In this document: piece by piece, positions 58,824 to 64,000 of the stretch | Numbering within the stretch: position 1 is the stretch's first letter | How the letters are laid out: each line of letters begins with the position of its first letter | IMG/VR virus record: IMGVR_UViG_3300043823_000671 | Location: 1-64,000 of that record | Direction: 5' to 3' (one strand) | From: a virus | DNA length: 64,000 bases | Made by a program: the position numbers and the translations under genes | The notes under the pieces: generated by a model | Told to the model about the DNA's origin: nothing | What the model saw: only the letters and a program-made list of their open reading frames with translations | The model's database searches: none

Positions 58824-59167
58824 TGCTTCTAGTTGCGGGGAACATAAACCTAAGTGTTTCGCAGAACACATATCTATTCATCAGTTTTATTTCAATGCTG
58901 TTGACGATGGTATCAACGTCAATACTCATTTACCGAAACGTAAAGAATGCAGACAAGAAGACGCTAAGCGACTTTGAGCGCAAGGCTCTTTCGGCAATCA
59001 GGGACCTAAAGAACGACGTTGCAGACGTAAAAAAAGATGTTTGGGACACGACTGTACGACTGGAAAACCACATCGACAAAGCGGGGGGCGAAGAAGTGCC
59101 AGTAAAAACACTCGCAAAAAAGCCAGCAAAAAGAATCGCAAAGAAAGTTGCTCCCAAGAATGACTGA
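58823..59167 (+). CDS. Single-TM coiled-coil protein (lysis-associated?)
   Basis: TAATG coupling to the endolysin; one TM; basic tail. Confidence 0.55.
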   Translation: MLLVAGNINLSVSQNTYLFISFISMLLTMVSTSILIYRNVKNADKKTLSDFERKALSAIRDLKNDVADVKKDVWDTTVRLENHIDKAGGEEVPVKTLAKKPAKRIAKKVAPKND

Positions 59168-59588
59168 AGAACACATACAAAAGATGACGCACTCATATGC
59201 GGTTAGATTCCCCGACCACACGCCACGGGAGCATGACCCGCACTATGTCGACTTCGACCACATTCATCGTGCGTGGAAAAAAGACCCCGAAAAGTGGCAA
59301 TGCCACATCGGGAAGCACCGCAACGATTTTTCAGAGTGTGATTTGAATAACCCGCTCGAACTACACCACGCCCATATTGAATTTGCGCTAATGAACGCAG
59401 TTGAACTCAAGTGGCTTGCGGTTGATTACCCCGGAGTCGATGACCCGGAAAAATTGGGCGCATGGGTGGAGAGCGCAGACAACCTGTGGGTTCTCTGCCG
59501 GTTCCATCACCGTGGTCATGGCGGGGCGCACGTCGCTTCGAGCAGTGACTTTGAAGGGCTCAAGTACGTAAGGGGATTGATTATCTAA
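59160..59588 (+). CDS. His-rich HNH-like protein
   Basis: C...C, LELHH, NL..LC..HH. Confidence 0.55.
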   Translation: MTEEHIQKMTHSYAVRFPDHTPREHDPHYVDFDHIHRAWKKDPEKWQCHIGKHRNDFSECDLNNPLELHHAHIEFALMNAVELKWLAVDYPGVDDPEKLGAWVESADNLWVLCRFHHRGHGGAHVASSSDFEGLKYVRGLII

Positions 59589-59986
59589 TGCTTTTTGTTT
59601 TTACCATCACGACGGTCTCGTTTGTAATTTCAAATATCGCCAGCGTTTTTATGGTGCAGGCAGAAAACCGCTCTAAGCCAGTCCTTGCTGGCGTTTTTGA
59701 AGCGGTATATGCGTTGCTTTTTATCGTAGGCGCCAAGTACTCCGTCTCAATTGGCGGTGCCAATCACACCCGAACATTCGTATTGATTTGCGCCATCATT
59801 ATTGGAAACTTTTTGGGCGCATTCATTGGGACCAAGTGGGGAGACCGCTTTATCGTTGACCATGATGAAATAAAAATGGACAACACGATTGCAGAGCACG
59901 AGGCTTCACTGGCTCTAGCCCATCAAGCGCTGGAAGAGTTGGTGCGTGAAGTAGAAATGCACCACGAACTAGACGGCGAAGACTAA
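59588..59986 (+). CDS. Three-TM membrane protein
   Basis: Hydrophobic helices; coupled start. Confidence 0.55.
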   Translation: MLFVFTITTVSFVISNIASVFMVQAENRSKPVLAGVFEAVYALLFIVGAKYSVSIGGANHTRTFVLICAIIIGNFLGAFIGTKWGDRFIVDHDEIKMDNTIAEHEASLALAHQALEELVREVEMHHELDGED

Positions 59987-60537
59987 CGACGACGGAAAAG
60001 ATGCTTGCGGTAGTAGCGAGCCTCTTCGATTGAGTAGTGGATGTCGTCAAGCGCACGGTGTGCCACCCCGCCGTTGTCCATCTTCTTCTTGCGACGAGAC
60101 TGCGTCTTCTTGTTCCAGCGATTTGCCAGTTCCTTGATGGTCGACACGTCAATTGTGCGATACGACAAAAGGCTTTCAAAATAAGGCATCTGCTTCTTGA
60201 GAAAAGCACGGTCAAAACCAACGGAAGAGCCTGCGAGTGGCGCACGCTTGAGCGCCTCGGCACCAAAGTGGTCGACAAGGAAGCCGGAGAGAATGTCCTG
60301 GACATCTTCCACGGTAAATTCTGCACCGTCTAGTTCATTCAGCAATCCAGACTTGGCGTGCATCGTGGCGACATACGGGTCGAGTTCGTCGGGGTTGACA
60401 GGAGACTCTTGCTTCAGAACAGAGTTGAGGGAAAAAACTTCGGTCAAGTTGTCATCAGTTATAACAACAGCAATCTCAAGCAACTTGTCGGTCTCGGGGT
60501 CAAGCCCGGTCGTCTCTGTGTCTACCCAAACAATCAT
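59983..60537 (-). CDS. orn: Oligoribonuclease (DEDDh)
   Basis: WVDTETTGLD, MHAKSGL, G.SV.FDR.FL, YRTIDVSTIKEL, HRALDDI. Confidence 0.9.
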   Translation of the reverse strand: MIVWVDTETTGLDPETDKLLEIAVVITDDNLTEVFSLNSVLKQESPVNPDELDPYVATMHAKSGLLNELDGAEFTVEDVQDILSGFLVDHFGAEALKRAPLAGSSVGFDRAFLKKQMPYFESLLSYRTIDVSTIKELANRWNKKTQSRRKKKMDNGGVAHRALDDIHYSIEEARYYRKHLFRRR

Positions 60538-60599
60538 GATGCACCTTTCTTTATCACCAGATTACAAATCTGCTGTTACACCGTTATTGCGTTGGATAA

Positions 60600-60628
60600 A
60601 GTGTACAGGGGTTTAGCAATCAAGTCAA
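60600..60628 (-). promoter_or_regulatory. Promoter TTGACT-N17-TACACT with CTAAACCCC
   Basis: Read directly; upstream of orn. Confidence 0.7.
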
Positions 60629-60692
60629 GCCTCCTTGCGCTTTGCGCCCAACGGGGCTAACCTTCACTCGGGTTAGGACTTGGAGGGAAGGC

Positions 60693-61043
60693 GTGCTTAC
60701 GCCAGAAGAGATTCAAATAAAAATTGAGCAGTACCAAGAGCACATAGAAAATCTCGTGGATGAGATACGTGAGGCTGGAGTCAAATCTGCGATAGCAGAA
60801 ACTGATTACGAGATTGCTTTCGCACAAGAACGACTAACCGTTCGATACGAGGCGCAAACTCAAGGTGTGAAAACGACGGTAGATATTGTTGACGATAATG
60901 CGACCGTTCGAACAGCAGAGTTACGAAAAGAAGCGATGCTCGCAAAGAACAATCTTTCAACACTGCGTGAAGCGCTAAGCGCAACAAGAACAAATTTGGA
61001 AAGTATGCGTACGCTCGCCGCATCAAATAGAGCGATTGTCTAA
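60693..61043 (+). CDS. Coiled-coil protein (possibly UvsY-like)
   Basis: GGAGG RBS before GTG; all-helical; near ssb. Confidence 0.5.
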   Translation: MLTPEEIQIKIEQYQEHIENLVDEIREAGVKSAIAETDYEIAFAQERLTVRYEAQTQGVKTTVDIVDDNATVRTAELRKEAMLAKNNLSTLREALSATRTNLESMRTLAASNRAIV

Positions 61044-61229
61044 ATGGCATACACGATAGACACCAAGCAACAGGTAACAAGGGAAGTACTTGTATCCCTT
61101 GCACGGAAATGCCAACGCTGTTCAGTTGCTTACAATGACCCGTATCTAATTGAAACTTGCATAGAAATAGGCGAGGAATGTTGGGAAGCCTGCCCTGCGT
61201 GCAACCCCAACAGATACCAACACCGCTAA
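61044..61229 (+). CDS. Small Zn-binding protein
   Basis: CQRC..CPACNP. Confidence 0.5.
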   Translation: MAYTIDTKQQVTREVLVSLARKCQRCSVAYNDPYLIETCIEIGEECWEACPACNPNRYQHR

Positions 61230-61281
61230 ATAAACCATTGGGTAGTTAGGGCTCCGTGTTAGCCTTTCAATAACAACACCA

Positions 61282-61548
61282 ATGTTGGATAGCGGTATGT
61301 CACCTGAACCAATTACACCTCAAGAGATGAAGGCGATTGCGCTCGAAGAAGGTCTTCGGGCGTCCATCACTCTCGACAAACTGAGGATTCTGATGCTCAA
61401 AGAAGCAGTCGATTGGTTGTGTGACCTAACTGATTTACCCAAATTCGAAGTCCGCCGACAAATTGCCAACAACAAAGGTGGACAAGTGATGCAGAACCTT
61501 GCTACTATCAACGCAGTTCGTGAACTCGTTAAAGAGCCGAACGCATAA
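61282..61548 (+). CDS. Hypothetical protein
   Basis: ORF; start may be 61297. Confidence 0.5.
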   Translation: MLDSGMSPEPITPQEMKAIALEEGLRASITLDKLRILMLKEAVDWLCDLTDLPKFEVRRQIANNKGGQVMQNLATINAVRELVKEPNA

Positions 61549-61577
61549 AAAAATAATTAACAAATAGAAAGGACATC

Positions 61578-62048
61578 ATGTCCGATAACAACATCACCAT
61601 CGTCGGGAACTTGACAAAGGACCCCGAACTTAAGTACGGCGAAAATGGTACGGCTTACTTGCTGTACTCCATCGCTGTAAACCGAGGAAAGAAGAACGCT
61701 CAAGGCGAGTGGGAAAACGTTGCCCACTACTTTGACTGCGTTTCCTACGGTGACTTGGCTGAGAACATTGCCAACACCTTTTCCAAGGGCAACCGCTTGA
61801 TTGTCTCGGGCAACCTCCAGCAACGAAACTGGGAGACGCCAGAGGGTCAGCGCCGTAGTAGCGTGCAAATCCTCGCAGACGAGGTGGGCGCCAGCGTTCG
61901 CTGGGCAACCGCTCTTGTAACCAAGACCGAGCGCCCCGACGCAGGGCAGTTCAACCGTCAGCAAGCACGCTCAAGCGCACCCCAGCGAGAGACTGTTCCG
62001 GCGACTTCTTCAAGCGAGCAGTACTCCTTCGAGGAAGAGCCCTTTTAG
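61578..62048 (+). CDS. ssb: Single-stranded DNA-binding protein
   Basis: ITIVGNLTKDPEL, LAEN, KG.R.IV.G.L.QR, acidic EEEPF tail. Confidence 0.95.
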   Translation: MSDNNITIVGNLTKDPELKYGENGTAYLLYSIAVNRGKKNAQGEWENVAHYFDCVSYGDLAENIANTFSKGNRLIVSGNLQQRNWETPEGQRRSSVQILADEVGASVRWATALVTKTERPDAGQFNRQQARSSAPQRETVPATSSSEQYSFEEEPF

Positions 62049-62171
62049 TCGGTAGCGGAATACCGCTTACCGGATAGATAAGACCACTTGGGTCTAGCAG
62101 GCGCCTACTCCCGTTTGCGAAAAGCGATTCAGTTCCCCTTCACTGAACGACCGACCCAAGTGGTGCTTATC
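62049..62171 (+). ncRNA. Candidate structured RNA (three-way junction with two C-rich loops)
   Basis: 12-bp closing stem 62083-62094/62153-62164; inner hairpin loops CCTACTCC and TCCCCTTC; extra hairpin 62050-62072. Confidence 0.5.
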
Positions 62172-62221
62172 ATTACTAAAGACTTACATTGATGTAACTT
62201 GTTGTTGTAGCATCCATTTAC

Positions 62222-62419
62222 ATGGATTTGCCCGAAAACAACGACAGTGACTTTGACCGTGACATAACGGAAAACTTTGGCGAGCGGTTCGTCACACGGG
62301 AAATGATTTTCTCGGAAATGCGTGAATCCTTTTCGGCAATGATGAGTTCGGGTTTTACCGAAACCCAGGCTCTGAAGTTTCTTGCATTTTGTACAATTTA
62401 TGACGGGGATTCTTTCTAG
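62222..62419 (+). CDS. Hypothetical protein (GFTE.QAL motif)
   Basis: Actinophage-type small protein motif; TAGCAT box upstream. Confidence 0.6.
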   Translation: MDLPENNDSDFDRDITENFGERFVTREMIFSEMRESFSAMMSSGFTETQALKFLAFCTIYDGDSF

Positions 62420-62814
62420 TGCCCTCTTTCGAAGAAGAGGCAGAAGCCTTTCTGGGCACGGAGCCGTTGACCTTCAAGTATGAGTTCATGGCGCTTGATG
62501 TCGTCTTGGCATCACGCCCACCGGCTTGGTTCGTTGACGCAGTTTGCAGGTCTGTCCCCGACGCAAAGCACGTCGATGTTTTCTTCCCCGAAACCACTAC
62601 GCACGGGGGGAATCACCTTATTCCTGCACGAAAAATGTGCCTTGGTTGCCCCGTCAGGTATGAATGTTTGGAAGAGGGGCTAGAAGAGCCCTGGGGGGTC
62701 TGGGGAGGTCACTCACCGACCCAGCGGAAGCGCATAAGTTCCGCTGTAAAAAAGGGTAGTAGCCTTATTGATGCGAGCAAGGCAATAGACGCACGGAGTA
62801 GAGATGCCCGATAA
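62419..62814 (+). CDS. whiB: WhiB-family transcription factor
   Basis: W..DAVC, FFP, C.GCPV..EC, GVWGG. Confidence 0.85.
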   Translation: MPSFEEEAEAFLGTEPLTFKYEFMALDVVLASRPPAWFVDAVCRSVPDAKHVDVFFPETTTHGGNHLIPARKMCLGCPVRYECLEEGLEEPWGVWGGHSPTQRKRISSAVKKGSSLIDASKAIDARSRDAR

Positions 62815-64000
62815 GCCAAATCCCGCCTATCAGGTGGACAACTTCAGCGAACTGGGCGCCTCAGGTCTTTGGCGCACCGGTGGATTCGTCATTGACGACA
62901 TACTCCCCCAACTTCGAGGGAAGCAAGCCCAAACAGCATACCGTGATATGTCGGAGAACGACCCCATTATTGGGGCTGTTCTTTTTGCGATTGAGCGGGT
63001 AATCCTCCAAGTCGACTGGCGCATCGACCCATATGACGACACCACCGGCGCCACCCCGACCCCAGAAGACTCGGAAGCGGCTGAGTTTGTAACTCAGTGC
63101 ATGAACGACATGAGCCACTCGTGGCACGAGTTGATGATTGCCATTCTTTCGTTTTTACCATACGGCTGGTCGTTCTTTGAGATTGTTTACAAGCAACGCA
63201 AGGGACCTGACCAGAAAGACCCCGCAAAGCGAAGCAAGTACAGCGACAACAAGGTCGGATGGCGCAAGATTGTCATGCGCTCGCAAGACTCACTCTGGCA
63301 ATGGCAGTTTGATGAAAGCGGTGGCATCAAGGCGATGATTCAGCGTGACCCAACGACGGGTCGCCTGAACGTAATCCCAATCGAAAAGGGTCTTCTTTTC
63401 CGCACAACTTCAGCACGTGGCAACCCCGAAGGTCGCTCGGTTCTCCGCAACGCCTTCAAGTCGTGGTACTACAAGCGCCGTATTGAAGAATTCGAAGCGG
63501 TTGGCGTCGAGCGTGACCTTGCTGGTCTTCCAGTCGGTTATGTCCCACCAGAGTGGATGAGCGCAAACGCAACTCCAGCGGAAAGAGCCGCTTTGAACGC
63601 AATGGAGCGCATTGTCCGTGGCGTGAAGCGTAACGAGACCGAAGGCGTCATCCTCCCCTCCATCTACGACGAGTCGGGCAAGCCCCTTGTTGACTTCAAA
63701 CTCCTGAACTCGGGTGGAACTCGCCAGTTCAACACCGACAAGATTATTGAGCGGTACAACCAGCACATTGCGATGACGGTTCTTGCAGACTTCATCATGC
63801 TCGGTCACGAATCCGTCGGCTCCTTTGCCCTCGGAACGTCAAAAGTAGACCTTTTTGTTGCCGCAGTTGAGTCGTGGATTCGATTGATTGCAGAAATCTT
63901 CAACACGCACGCAATCCCACGCCTCATGTCGATGAACGGATACGACTCCGCTCGCCTTCCAAAACTGACTTATGGACAGGTTTCAGCAATCGACTTGCAG
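62804..64000 (+). CDS. Portal protein (DUF935/Mu gp29-like), 3'-truncated
   Basis: Hand translation: MPDKPN..ELGASGL..YRDMSENDP..PYGWSFFEIVYK..NPEGRSVLRNA..GVERDLAGLP; GGAG RBS; no stop before the window end. Confidence 0.9.
   Translation, partial: MPDKPNPAYQVDNFSELGASGLWRTGGFVIDDILPQLRGKQAQTAYRDMSENDPIIGAVLFAIERVILQVDWRIDPYDDTTGATPTPEDSEAAEFVTQCMNDMSHSWHELMIAILSFLPYGWSFFEIVYKQRKGPDQKDPAKRSKYSDNKVGWRKIVMRSQDSLWQWQFDESGGIKAMIQRDPTTGRLNVIPIEKGLLFRTTSARGNPEGRSVLRNAFKSWYYKRRIEEFEAVGVERDLAGLPVGYVPPEWMSANATPAERAALNAMERIVRGVKRNETEGVILPSIYDESGKPLVDFKLLNSGGTRQFNTDKIIERYNQHIAMTVLADFIMLGHESVGSFALGTSKVDLFVAAVESWIRLIAEIFNTHAIPRLMSMNGYDSARLPKLTYGQVSAIDLQ

Noticed and set aside
63138-63808. ORF-track calls near the right edge
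   Set aside because: They overlap the portal frame starting at 62804, which the track missed because it has no stop

Overview
A 64-kb internal segment of a large tailed dsDNA phage (Caudoviricetes), very probably infecting Actinomycetota: three WhiB genes, a DUF5047-type tail protein, an actinobacterial-type SSB ending EEEPF, and many apparently leaderless genes. Gene order: two giant Ser/Thr/Gly-rich tail proteins, further tail genes and holin-like genes (1-17.8 kb). Next come recombination/replication genes (Gam-like, Sak4-like ATPase, initiator with iterons, helicase loader, RusA, SNF2) and tRNA-Gln. A DNA-modification region (double ParB, ABC-ATPase-GNAT, two methyltransferases) precedes TerS. 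A mostly non-coding stretch with palindromic boxes and an array of small genes with repeated junctions follows. Then come a TerL split into ATPase and nuclease genes, an amidoligase/GATase/GGCT set, endolysin, Orn, SSB and the 5' part of a portal gene (absent from the ORF track). The best candidate for an undescribed system is a 14-aa tag, K-G-D-x-[PA]-G-H-x-F-[HR]-G-N-Q-[YW], found five times in three genes. Each copy sits directly before a different domain (including papain-like and HExxH peptidase-like ones), suggesting protease-processed, virion-delivered cargo polyproteins. Also notable: a CTAAACC box in about 11 promoter regions, three hairpin elements with anti-Shine-Dalgarno-like loops, and apparent GATC/AGCT avoidance. 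All calls come from motif recognition by eye; no searches were run.
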